A stretch of DNA of 61,679 nucleotides, filler included, from Rhabdomonas costata (lineage: Eukaryota), in NCBI GenBank assembly GCA_019059605.1. It is 18 parts of 18 records of this genome, joined end to end, with 100 filler letters (N's around TTAATTAATTAA, not from the genome) between each part and the next. Parts side by side here need not be neighbours in the genome. Positions count along the whole stretch, not along the records: positions 37,730 to 41,136 come from JAHMHO010000993.1; positions 41,237 to 44,562 come from JAHMHO010000994.1; positions 44,663 to 47,988 come from JAHMHO010000995.1; positions 48,089 to 51,408 come from JAHMHO010000996.1; 14 more parts are not named here. One strand, given 5' to 3'. Every line of letters begins with the position of its first letter. Positions within the stretch are counted from its first letter, which is position 1. Shown one piece after another: positions 39,408 through 50,285 of this stretch. The notes below the pieces were generated by a model. That model ran no database searches and had not been told where the DNA came from. It saw nothing but the letters and a program-made list of their open reading frames with translations. The position numbers and the translations under genes are program-made.

Positions 39408-39704
39408 GTTATAATGGGTGGGGTGGCAACCTCCTGCTCCCTCCCTCACGTGGGTGGGATCTGGGGAGTGGTTGCTCCAGGGATTAGTGTCTCGCATGCT
39501 TCCTACTTCCCTGGGCACCAACCAATCTGGAAAGCTGTCTGTTCCCGCTGGGAGAGGGATTTGAGGACCCTTCCCTGTAGAATTTGTCACTGCGATAGAA
39601 TTGCCTGAGAAGGTTAGTCACTTTCCAGAACGGATTAGTCATTTTCGATTCACAGATCGACAGATTCGCTTGCAATTCCTGGTGGTTATTTTCGAACTCA
39701 CCCA

Positions 39705-39708
<4 letters not shown>

Positions 39709-39740
<32 letters not shown>
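39709..39740 (+). repeat. (CA)n microsatellite
   Basis: Seen directly. Other simple repeats: (TG)n 276-299, (TG)n ~33656-33672, (CA)n 41041-41078. Confidence 0.95.
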
Positions 39741-39744
<4 letters not shown>

Positions 39745-39971
39745 TGCGCACACAGACACTCTACCCCGATTTAGATTCGGAGTGACGTGATTGCGACGCG
39801 AAAGTGCAAACTGAACAAGCCCCTGGGCTACGCCTTGATCCCTGAGACGACGAATTCTCGCTGCACGATGTTACGTGAACGGGAAGGAGTCGCTTTTTTG
39901 ACGTGGTATTTCCCAAACGCAATTCGCACACAAACACACACAAAACTCCCGCTGGCGGGGTGACCCCTGGC

Positions 39972-41038
39972 ACCGGTCCGAACCCACCTCGCCAAGTTTA
40001 AAGGATAGGACAGTTGTGTCCTGCGCGAGAAACACCAAAAAGACGGGACGCCTCCATTGCCGCGAGCCAGCCAAGGTGGCGTCAGCGCGGCGCAGCAACA
40101 TGGCACGCCCCAAGAGAGACGAAAAAACCCCCCATAATCCAAATTCGGCATTCGAAGGAAGCATCACCAGAGAGGTGCAACTCAATGTGAGTGAGGGAGA
40201 GAGGCGGGGAACGTGAGAGTGAGGGCCAGGAGCCGAGGGATCGGGGGCCAGAGAAGGGAAGGGCAAAGATGGGTGCGGGGATCGAGAATGGAGACACGCA
40301 GAGCAGGAAAGGCAATAGTGGCCAGACATGAAAGCCACAGCCGAAAGAAGCTGGAAGCACGTGTGCCCCAGGAGTGAGATGCTGGCACGGGATGGCATGC
40401 AGTTTCCAACGGTTCCTTTGTGCACCCGAGGGAGGAGGGCCTGGAACGAGCACGCACAACGCGGACCCAGTGCGGCACAAGCGGACCATCGAGATCGCGA
40501 GAAATCAGAGCCGTTATGCTACCACCATCGGGAATCGACAGCACTCGCAGACGCACCAGGGCAAAGACTCAGTGAGGAAAAAAGGGGGTAGAGGAGATTT
40601 AGCGGACGAGGGCAAGAATGGCCCGCAACGCAACTATTGAGTGAAGTGCTGGCACGGCAACGCCTGTAAATACCGGTGCTGCCCGTTCACCCATCCGAAG
40701 GAAGAGCTCGAAGGGTCGTTTCCCCGAGAAAAGGCCCCAGCCCCTCAAGGAAGGAGTGTGGAGTCGCAGAGACCTGAGCAGCAATGGAGCCATGCTGGTA
40801 GCCGTTGGAAAAGAGCAGCTGCGCGACAATGGCCCGGGACCCGTGGGGCAGAAGGGGTTCCCATATGTGGAACGTTCGGCGGTGAGCCGGTTTCGGTTCC
40901 CCACGGCACCGTTCGCTCCGGCGGTACTCGGGAGCACCCGTGGCCAACAGCGCATGCGCCCTTCAGTCCACAGTGCACAGTGTTCACCAACAATCAAGCA
41001 ACCAGTCAACCTGGCAATAGCCAGCGCGCAATGCGCCC

Positions 41039-41080
<42 letters not shown>

Positions 41081-41122
41081 GAACCGACCGAACCTACCTC
41101 TCCAAGGTTAAGGGATAGGACA
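39972..41122 (+). mobile_element. Possible degenerate element of about 1.1 kb, with direct repeats and CCCH zinc-finger remnants
   Basis: 35-bp direct repeats at 39978-40012 and 41088-41122 (31/35 identical). Inside are KCWHGNACKYRCCPFTHP (from 40644) and a frameshifted RCWHGMACSF..SFVHP (from 40377). No transposase or RT is visible. Confidence 0.45.
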
Positions 41123-42905
41123 ACGTGGCAGGGGGANNNNNNNNNNNNNNNNNNNNNNNNNNNNNNNNNNNNNNNNNNNNTTAATTAATTAANNNNNNNN
41201 NNNNNNNNNNNNNNNNNNNNNNNNNNNNNNNNNNNNTTGTTTTTTTTAGTGCCCTTACATAATTGCTAAGCAACAAGAGTAATTAAATAAAATGCTGCTG
41301 ACACACCTGTCTGTGAGGCATATGTTACCGCAGTGATGTTGATATAGGAAAAGGTGAATACCATCGTGGCTATGTACACTCAGTGTCTTCGTGGAAATCC
41401 TGCCTGGACACGTTAGTCCGCGAAATCGCCGCCCAAAAAACACAAGAAAAGCCGCAAGCCCGAGAAATACACACAACAGGACAAGGAAGGAACGGAGCAA
41501 ACAAAGAATGGAATTGGAATTAAAGGCTGCAACGCTGTCCCGCTTAGCAGCCAAAAGTCGCACCGCACAGATGGTCAATGCTTTGCTGGACCTTTTGCTC
41601 CGCCGCGGCTCATCGCATAGATAACGGGGGGGTGGTGCATGGACTGTCGTTTTCGCTCCCCAAGGAAGCTCAACACAGCTCTCATCCTCCACGCCTATCT
41701 TTCCCACGTCTCCTGCATGCACAGGTCAGGTCGGATGTGACTGAGATTATGCTTATGAGCTCAAATGCCTCAAATTGTTGACATTCAGAGAGTTTCTTCA
41801 CACTCAGCACACCGATGCTCTCCTTTTCAAATGGTGATTCTGTCCACAATAATTTTCGTTTGATCTCTTTGACCTGTGAGTATCAGTGGGTGTCACCTTC
41901 TCACTGGAAGCCAGAAAACGAAGAAAAGGCCGCGAGAAAGTTTTTCCTTTGTTGTTGGATCAACCAACGCATTGACAGAATGTAGCGACACGAAGTCATG
42001 AGAACATGCACTGAAATAAAACATGCAGCCAGGTGTGCGACAAAAGACTATGTCTCAGGATTTTGAGAGCCCAGGAGGCCCGAAGCCCGTGTCGGAGCCA
42101 AGCTCCTCCTCCAAGCGGAGAAGCTGGTTCAGCTTCGCCGTGCATTCTCCGCGGCAGGGTGCTCCTTCAAAAAAGAACGAAGGATAAAATTTATACAGCA
42201 AAAAGTTCGCGCCAAATGACATAGAAACTGCCTACACATTTACCGCAGTGACCATAAGGAACCAGCAGCAGCGCTGTACAAGAAGAAGGTAACATAAAAG
42301 GTTCCGAACAAACGAAAGCAGCACCCGTGGGCGCTGCGTAACATAACAAACAACATGACAGTGAATCCCTGAACACGCGCATACCCAGCTTGATCCATCC
42401 GCAGCCGAGTCCCACGGCAAAGTCAGCAATAAACGTGTCCTCCGTCTCTCCACTTGTACTATTTTTTTTTTCAAAAAACCAACACGGACCAGAAAAGAAC
42501 AGCCTTTGCAAAAGGAATAAGCAACTCTCACTACGTTTCTATGTATTCTGCGCGTTCACCTCACGGGTTTTCAAGTTTTATCTCACAGTGTTAATTGCTT
42601 TCCCCAGGGTTAAGAGTTGGAAAGTAGAGGCTACAACTCCTTCGCGAATGCGAAGAGAAGTGTGGCACCACATCAAACAGCTCCGTATTTCGCCAACCAA
42701 ATTTGCCGCAAGATGTGGTTTAAGAGAAACCGGACTTCCCATCGGACCTCCTTGAGCTCCGGTATCCACATGCCTCTTTTTCGCATGACTGGGCCAAGCA
42801 TACGGGCCCAGAACGAAACAGCACAATGACGCTCAGATCGACTGCATGCACCCCTTCAGAATCGGGAACCCCCTCCCCATCACTTCCTTCCCTGGGGGCT
42901 GACAC

Positions 42906-44247
42906 CTGCCGCAGCACAGCACGGACCACCCTGAGCGCATGCCCTGCTTCGCGATGTCCAGCGCTTCCGTCACAGTGCCAACTTGCGCAAGCTTTGGAAG
43001 AAATGAAGAGAAGGAGACAGAGACTGAGCGACAAAGAGAAAGAAAGAAGGGAGGGAGGAAAGGAAAAAGAGAGAGAAAACCGTTGAGAGGAAAGGGCGTG
43101 GAAAGCTGGTGCAACGAAGGTCCTTGTTTAACTCGAAACACGCTGAGACAGCTAACCTTCACTGAGAACCTCGGCGGAAAAGAAAGAGAAACGAAAATGC
43201 ATAACAGTTTTGTTGTTCCTTCTCCAAAAACTCGGAGAACACAAATGTCCTTTTGGTGGTACTTTGATCTTGTCGCCACGCGATGTTTTTTGGGTGGTGG
43301 TGGTGGTGGTGCTGAATGAGGGCGAATTGAGGAAGGGGTAACCCCGACTGATACGCAAACTCAGGAATATTGACCCCCATCCAGTTATTATAGCATATTG
43401 CTGCGTACCGCAAATGCGGCCTGCGCTGGGGCGTACATCTGCGCAGCAGCCGCGTAGGGATCTGCTGCTGGGGCGGCGCCGCCATACCCTGCACCACCTG
43501 AAAGGGATTGACGTGGGCAAGTTGATATGGGGGGCAGGCAGAAAAAATCGAGATCTTTAAGCGGGGCTTTTCTTTTTTCATCGGCAATGTTGTGATTAAC
43601 CAATGGCTACGTGTGCGCGAATCAACCGAATATTGTCGGAGACCACCCAATTCTGCTCGTCGAGTGGTAACAAAAGCGCCATAACGGCAAAATCACCACA
43701 TGAGTCCCAAAGAGCAGCTGTGCAGCGAAGCGCACGATACACACGTTTCTAGACAGGTGCGCGGGTCATCAGGTAGGTCACATGTCGCACGAATAAAATA
43801 CTAAATAGAAATTATGGAGCACACAAAGGCAGCCCACCACACACGCGCATTTTTGTCTTCCTTCAGTAGCTGCATGGGATGCACGCCGCGCCAGATGGCT
43901 TCGCTCACCCCTCTCCCATTCTCACCTTTCCCACGAGTGCCCTCGAGAAAGCGTGTCGCTCTGCTCTGTCTTATGCCCGTGTTTGTTGTTCCGTTGGCTG
44001 AAACCTGCAGGGGAAACACTGCTCTTTCCATAAGTACGTGATGATAATATTTAAGCTTTCTTGCTGCGGGCGGTGTAGCGTGGGACGAAACCTGTCAGGT
44101 AGTTGGCATAGGTCAGCTGCTGGGCGTACAGGGCCTGCATTGGGTCGGGCTGGGCCGGCGCTGCGGCAGGCGGTGCGCTCGGGCCGGAATTTCGCGCGAA
44201 CTGCACGATCATCCTGAACCCCCCCACGCCTCCCGAGAACACCTTCC
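42906..44247 (-). CDS. Probable RRM-type RNA-binding protein with Ala/Gln/Tyr-rich region, partial
   Basis: Exons ~44247-44092 (…GFRMIVQFARNSGPSAPP…MQALYAQQ), 43497-43409 (GAGYGGAAPAADPYAAAAQMY) and 42991-42906 are in phase. IVQFAR resembles the last strand of an RRM. Confidence 0.5.
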
Positions 44248-46601
44248 CTCAGTCACCGATTTAGGTAAGCAAAGCACGCAGTAAAAGAATTAAATGGAGA
44301 CAAAAACCTCACCTCATGTGCGCAAGGACGCCATCATAACTTTTTTCGCCAATAAGAATCGCGGGGAGGCCAAGCGTTGACATGCTCCTCTTTACCTTAG
44401 GCAGAACCATCCACCTTATCGGAGGCAAAGGGTCAATTTCGGCCATAATACATTCACCACTTCAAATGTATGTAATATCATATGCAAAGCAATCTTTTTT
44501 GTTTTCACCCTTCTCACCGGAAGTGACGACGTCATCTCAGAGGATATGCATCACATCACCACNNNNNNNNNNNNNNNNNNNNNNNNNNNNNNNNNNNNNN
44601 NNNNNNTTAATTAATTAANNNNNNNNNNNNNNNNNNNNNNNNNNNNNNNNNNNNNNNNNNNNGGTGTTTTGTTGACTGGGTGGTGGGTGGGCTGATCAGG
44701 TGGCTTGGGGACGGCGATCATCCCTGTGTGTGTGGAAGAAGGTGGCCTCAAACTGGGGGCATCGCGCAAACGGGCAACGCCATTACTTGCTTGAGAACCG
44801 GCAACCGATCCGGATGAAAAAGTCTCCAGCGATACCCACACATTGATGCACTGCCGGGGGAAGGACCCGCATTCACGTTCATGGTAGAGAAGGTTTGGCC
44901 GAGGGCTGATATAAACGGCCACAACACCATTTTCAAAAGTGTCTTCACGAAAAAGATTGAGGACGACCCATAAGCCCACGAAGATGAGATACAAGTGCAC
45001 GTCGGTTGGAATGGTGGCTGGTGACCTAAAAATAAACGGCGGTTCCACGTCCAGAGCAAGGTGAACCAATGCAATGCTCTGACCGCTGCCGGAAATGATA
45101 CAAACGATCGGCCCTTCGGGAACTTTCTGATGATGAAGACCATGAAGTGAGGATGTTATTTGTGAAGCAGATAGCACATTTCAAGAAAATGGTCCCGAAC
45201 CCACCGCACACCTTCGCAGGTATACGGGGAATGGGAGAAATGAACCGCCATCGGCTGCGGGGAGTGAGAACACGAGCGAGGGGGAAAATAACTGCTGTGT
45301 TGAACAGAACCACTCGCACACACACACCACCACCACCACCACCAATGCCTCTCCTGCTGCGTTCTCCTGGAGGACACTGACCCTGCTGCAATTGCTGCCG
45401 GTGCGGTAGCCAATGCAAACTCTACCAGCCATTTCGACGCCCCCAACAACAGGAACTTACCCCTTTGTGTGCAGGTGCTCGTGTACCTCACAGGAGTTTC
45501 ACTCAGCAGCACTAAAAGGTGGTCAAAATGGCACACTGGCTTCCCCGTGAGTTGTTTTGGGGCAGCGGATTATCCGTATGACGGTCAGATCACTGCGTGA
45601 CTGACCCTTTACACTAGATTTCCAAAAGTGTACGCTTCGCAAAAAGTTCAACGAGGATCGCCAGTGTTTGCTGCCTGCAATCAAATCAAAACCAGAGGAG
45701 GTCAGAAATAAATCACACAGCGGCAAGGACGGTGTTCGCCGGGTGGCACAAACAACACAGGAGCCTTGTGGAGAAAAAAAGACCAGGTCGGCAAGGGGGT
45801 GTTCAAAATTCACACAGCATGCTGAGGAGCTAAAATTCACTCGCACATGCACAAAAAATGCCAAAAGTTTCACACAGAGAAGTTGAAAAAAGTACGTTCC
45901 CTGTGGTTTCGCACATGTCAAACCAGTCCTTCGTCTCGGGGTAACTCAGCACAAGCACAGGGCATGTGCGGGCATGCAGTGAAGCGGGCTTGCAGTGCAA
46001 GTGGATTCCTGGAGGCAGCGAGCGGGATCGGGCTGGGGGTGAGAAGCCCGACAGAGAAGGAACGCACGAACAACTTCCAAAAACTGCTCGAAAGCTCGAA
46101 GCAGAGGGCTCAAGGCACGGCAAAAAAGAGGCTCCGGGAGGGGGCCTCAAATCTGGGATCAAAGCTGTCAGGTAGAAGACCTCACCTTGCCCCAGCGCAA
46201 CGAGTGGGGTGAAGGGAAAGAAAGCTGGGAAGGTTTGCACAGCAGCGAAGGTTGTATTGGCTATGCGCGGCATGACAAAGATATGCGTCCCCAAGAGTCG
46301 CGCCATCGCAGAGAATCTGCGGCATGGGACAGAAAGAAAGCACAAGCACGTAGGCTCTCCGAAAGCTCAGCGGTGCCCCAGAACTGAACCGGTGGGCCCA
46401 CACAACGACGGCGGCGAAGAAGTGAAATCTCAGGGGTTGCCCTCAACTCAGTAACGCACACTCACACAAAGTGAACCATTCCGGCAACCGCTGGAAGACC
46501 AAGAAGACGAGGAAAGAAAAGAAAGAAATGAGCAACAGAGAGGGCTCGAGGAAGAGGGAGAGAATGAGAGGGACCCCTCGCCAGTGCTATCACGTCGTCC
46601 T

Positions 46602-47932
46602 TTATCCCAAGCCATGGCGGCGCCAATACTTCCACTTCGCTCCGCATGTGAGGCAGTTGAAGTAGTCATAGCCCTGCGATTGACACCAAGTAACTCACTA
46701 GATCACAGGAAAACCTGGGAAGGCAAGAAAAGTGCTCTTTGGGAACCAAAGAAAAAACCCAACAGGATCAATTAATTTTGAACGACCATACTTTGGAGAA
46801 AGAATAGTACGTACGCTTAAAATAGCACAATCAACACCACCAACCCACACCGAGAGCCATACCTCGACGGATGAAGGATCATATCCACACAAAACACATG
46901 CATTCACATGCATTCACATTGAAGGGAAAACCTGTTCACAGAGACCATTAAACCCTCACCATGTGGACGAGTATTGGACGCGGCAATCACATACAGGAAA
47001 TTGTGCGCTTGGGCATATATCATTAAAAGCACTGAGTAACAGGGCAGTGCATGCTCAAATAGACCTGACCGAAAGAAACCGACAGTTCCGAAATACCACT
47101 GAAGATGAGAGCAACAAGGCAGACCCGCTTCCCGCGAAGTCTCTGCCATGCCCCCGTGTGCATACACATCGGAGTGCACGGGAACCACGCGGGCAGGCCT
47201 GGGGCCAGCCGGCAAGCGAGGAGCCCCGCTGACAGCCGAGGCTGCAGCCGAAGGGAGGGTGCTCTGGTTGCGCTTCTCCTGCGGCGCGCTGTTATGCAGT
47301 GCGCCATGAGAGAGATGCACGGGAGTGGGTGTATGTGGATGGCATGATGGCAGCGCTGGGTGGGAGCACGGCATCGCTGTCATCTCATGCGACAGGCGGC
47401 GGGTGCCGTGCCCATGCAGCACCAGTAACTCATGGGGAAGCGCTACTGCAGGCGCAGGCCGCGCTGCCGCCTCACCATCAAAGTGGTATGCTGGGGCCTT
47501 GTGGGACTTCAAGGAGAGGGCTGCGGAAGCCTGCGGCTGTGATTTTCCCGCAGTGGTGACATGGGAAAGGCGGGCCTGCGCAGGGGTCACCGAGAGCGGC
47601 AGCGAGTACAGTAGAAAGGGCACAGGCACGGCGGCCGAGGCATTAGCGCACTGAGTGAAAGCAGGAGGAAGCGGCGGCTGGCAGGGGATTGCCTCAGAAG
47701 CGGTTGGCATCATCACCGCTTGGCCACAGCACGGGCTGCCTGTGCAGGGCTCGAAGGCCTTTCCACCTAAAGCATTCCTGAGCAAACAGACGCGCATCCC
47801 CTGCACGAAACCCATGAGTATGACTCCGATCCGACTCCGACTCCGACTCCGACTCCGACTCCGACTCCGTTGAATCTGCTTTAGGGTAATGACGTCCTCC
47901 AAAAAGCGGCGCCTATCCGACACAATCGACAT
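46602..47932 (-). CDS. Probable low-complexity protein with a C-terminal zinc-ribbon-like motif; exon structure unresolved
   Basis: A long Pro/Ala/His-rich frame (47932 to ~47097) ends near CCSHLQW. A CAG-preceded segment GYDYFNCLTCGAKWKYWRRHGLG* lies at 46673-46602. Confidence 0.35.
47831..47869 (+). repeat. (CCGACT)6 hexamer repeat
   Basis: Seen directly; it reads as RSRSRS on the minus strand. Confidence 0.95.
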
Positions 47933-49161
47933 TCCTAAAGAAAATGAGGCACACCACGGTACTGACCAGCTCAGAATGCTCCAAAAACNNNNNNNNNNNN
48001 NNNNNNNNNNNNNNNNNNNNNNNNNNNNNNNNTTAATTAATTAANNNNNNNNNNNNNNNNNNNNNNNNNNNNNNNNNNNNNNNNNNNNTTTGTTGGGGCT
48101 GCCGTCTGTGTGGTGTCACACACGCACAGCAACGACCACAGTAACGATGAGGCAGTGTATTAGGCGGGCATCCATGGAAATATAAATGAGAATGAGAATG
48201 AGAATGAGAGTGGTCCCGTGACTGGGACCCTGCGTGTATTCCAGTCATGCCCCGAAAATGTTGCCACCCCCCTCCCAGACACACTGGGCCACTTCTCGCT
48301 GCCTCAACACTTACCACTCATTGCCCCCGAGGAGTCTGCCTCCCCGCAGTTCTGAGCTATGGCCGCACATTTCCCGTACCACCTTCTGGCATCTCAAGCT
48401 TTCTTGATCTTTGGGTGTTGTTTGCTGTTTAACTGACGCTGTGCAGTGCAGTCCTTTTTTCTTTTGCAAAGACCACAGCAATATGCGAATGAAACGGAGC
48501 AGAGAAAGACAAAGATTGCGACACGGGCAGAAGGAGCCAGGCAAAGCGTCCCAAATAATTATCCTGCAGGCACTCTTGAAGCAAGCAAGAGACGCCTTTG
48601 AACCAACATCAATCCCACTCTTCTCTGCATGGCAGTCTTCACAGATGGCTGAGCGCCAGTACTGGCCTTCAAACTATCAAGGCCTTAGACACATACAGGG
48701 AAACTTAACTTCAACGGAAAGTGCTCACAACTCCACTGGTTTGTGTGGACGTCTCCCGCTCAAACCACAAACCCCTCCCTTTGTCGGTATGAGAGGGAGC
48801 ACGGGCGCCGGAAGAGGACAGATACCGACTGCATTTGACGCTCTTCACTGTTTCTCCCGAGCGGTGTTGGGCACAGCCCATACGTCTGGTTTTTTACACC
48901 CCATCCTCTCATTCATATATGTTCCAGGCCGCACAGCCAGAAACCGCGTGCAAATTGCTTTGCAGATTTTGTTTACGGTTGGACGTTTGCCTTTTGTTGC
49001 TTTCGATTTATGGATCTTTCATCGCGGAAGGAATTACGTAGAACGTTCTACAGAGTACATGTTTGCTTCGCCGGGGGGTATTGCGTTGGTCAATGGCTGA
49101 GGAGAGCATTGGGGGATAACGAATAGTGAGGCGTCCGTAGAGGGGGAGAGGAGGACGCACA

Positions 49162-49289
49162 CCCTTGGGCTTGGCGAGATCGGCCTGAGGCGCGGCGGCC
49201 TTGGCGGCCTGCTGCTTCTCCCACTCCTCGAGGTCCTTCTGCCGCTGGGACTTCTTCGAGGCTAGAAGCTGTTCGTGCGCCACCTTCAT
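49162..49289 (-). CDS. Nuclear-type exon abutting the 119-bp array
   Basis: MKVAHEQLLASKKSQRQKDLEEWEKQQAAKAAAPQADLAKPK has strong GC3 bias and a GTGTGC donor. There is no AG acceptor on its 5' side. Confidence 0.55.
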
Positions 49290-49290
49290 C

Positions 49291-49836
49291 GAGTTTTTTT
49301 TTTGCTTTTTGTGGTTACAGAATAGGGATCGTTTGGGTCTCTTTGTCTTGTGTTGCCCCTTGGCAAAACTGGTGTGCACCCACCCTGCATCATCAGTGAG
49401 ATTCCGACCCATTGTGTGAGTATTTTTGCTTTCTGTGGTTACAGATGAAGGGTCCCTTGGCGTGTTGGTCTTGTGTTGCCCATTGGCAAAGCTGTTGTGC
49501 ACCGTGTATCATCAGTGATATTCCGACCCATTGTGTGAGTATTTTTGCTTTCTGTGGTTACAGATAAAGGGTCCCTTGGCGTGTTGGTCTTGTGTTGCCC
49601 ATTGGCAAAGTTGTTGTGCACCGTGTATCATCAGTGAGATTCCGACCCATTGTGTGAGTATTTTTGCTTTCTGTGGCTACAGATGAAGGGACCCTTGGCG
49701 TGTTGGTCTTGTGTTGTCCATTGGCAAAGCTGTTGTGCACCCTGCATCAGTGAGATTCCGACCCGTTGTGTGAGTATTTTTGCTTTCTGTGGTTACAAAT
49801 GAAGGATCGCTTGGCGTGTTGGTCTTGTGGTGTCCA
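49291..49836 (+). repeat. Tandem array of about 4.5 x 119-bp units
   Basis: Units start at 49291, 49418, 49537, 49656 and 49772. Internal units are near-identical and the edge units are degenerate. Confidence 0.97.
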
Positions 49837-50285
49837 AAGAAACAAGCTAGGAGTGTAGCGACAAAGCGTAAGAGGGGCCCCACGAACACAAACGTAGCGA
49901 GAGTGAGTGGGGATAGAGGAACGAGCGTAGCGAGTGGCATGGGGTATCAAGACATCATGGTATTATCATAAGCTATACAAATACACGAAGCATGATGTCA
50001 CGTAGGGGCATCATGCGTAGTAGTATCTCACATGTCGGCACTCACATCAGTTTGTGCCTCCTTCTTCTTCTATACCTGTCACTCCTCATACCTCCACCAC
50101 CATAAGGTGCTTACGGGATGATCCGTCCTTGGAGTAGCCGGAGTGGAAGACCTCAGTGAAGGTGAGAAGTGAAGGGTTACGTTGAAGGTTCTGAGACACG
50201 AAGGATGCAGTCACAAAGTGGCGCATCCGTAGTAGAGGGCACCGCGGTAGTAGAGCATCATCTTAGAAGAAGGAACCTGGTAGGA

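Noticed and set aside
49292-49303. T-run as the poly(A) tail of a retroposon
   Set aside because: It aligns with the TATTTTTGC segment present in every array unit, so it is part of the repeat.
49291-49836. 119-bp unit as a 5S rRNA, SL RNA, snRNA or CRISPR array
   Set aside because: The length matches 5S but the sequence lacks 5S conserved blocks. There is no recognisable spliced-leader or snRNA motif and no unique spacers.
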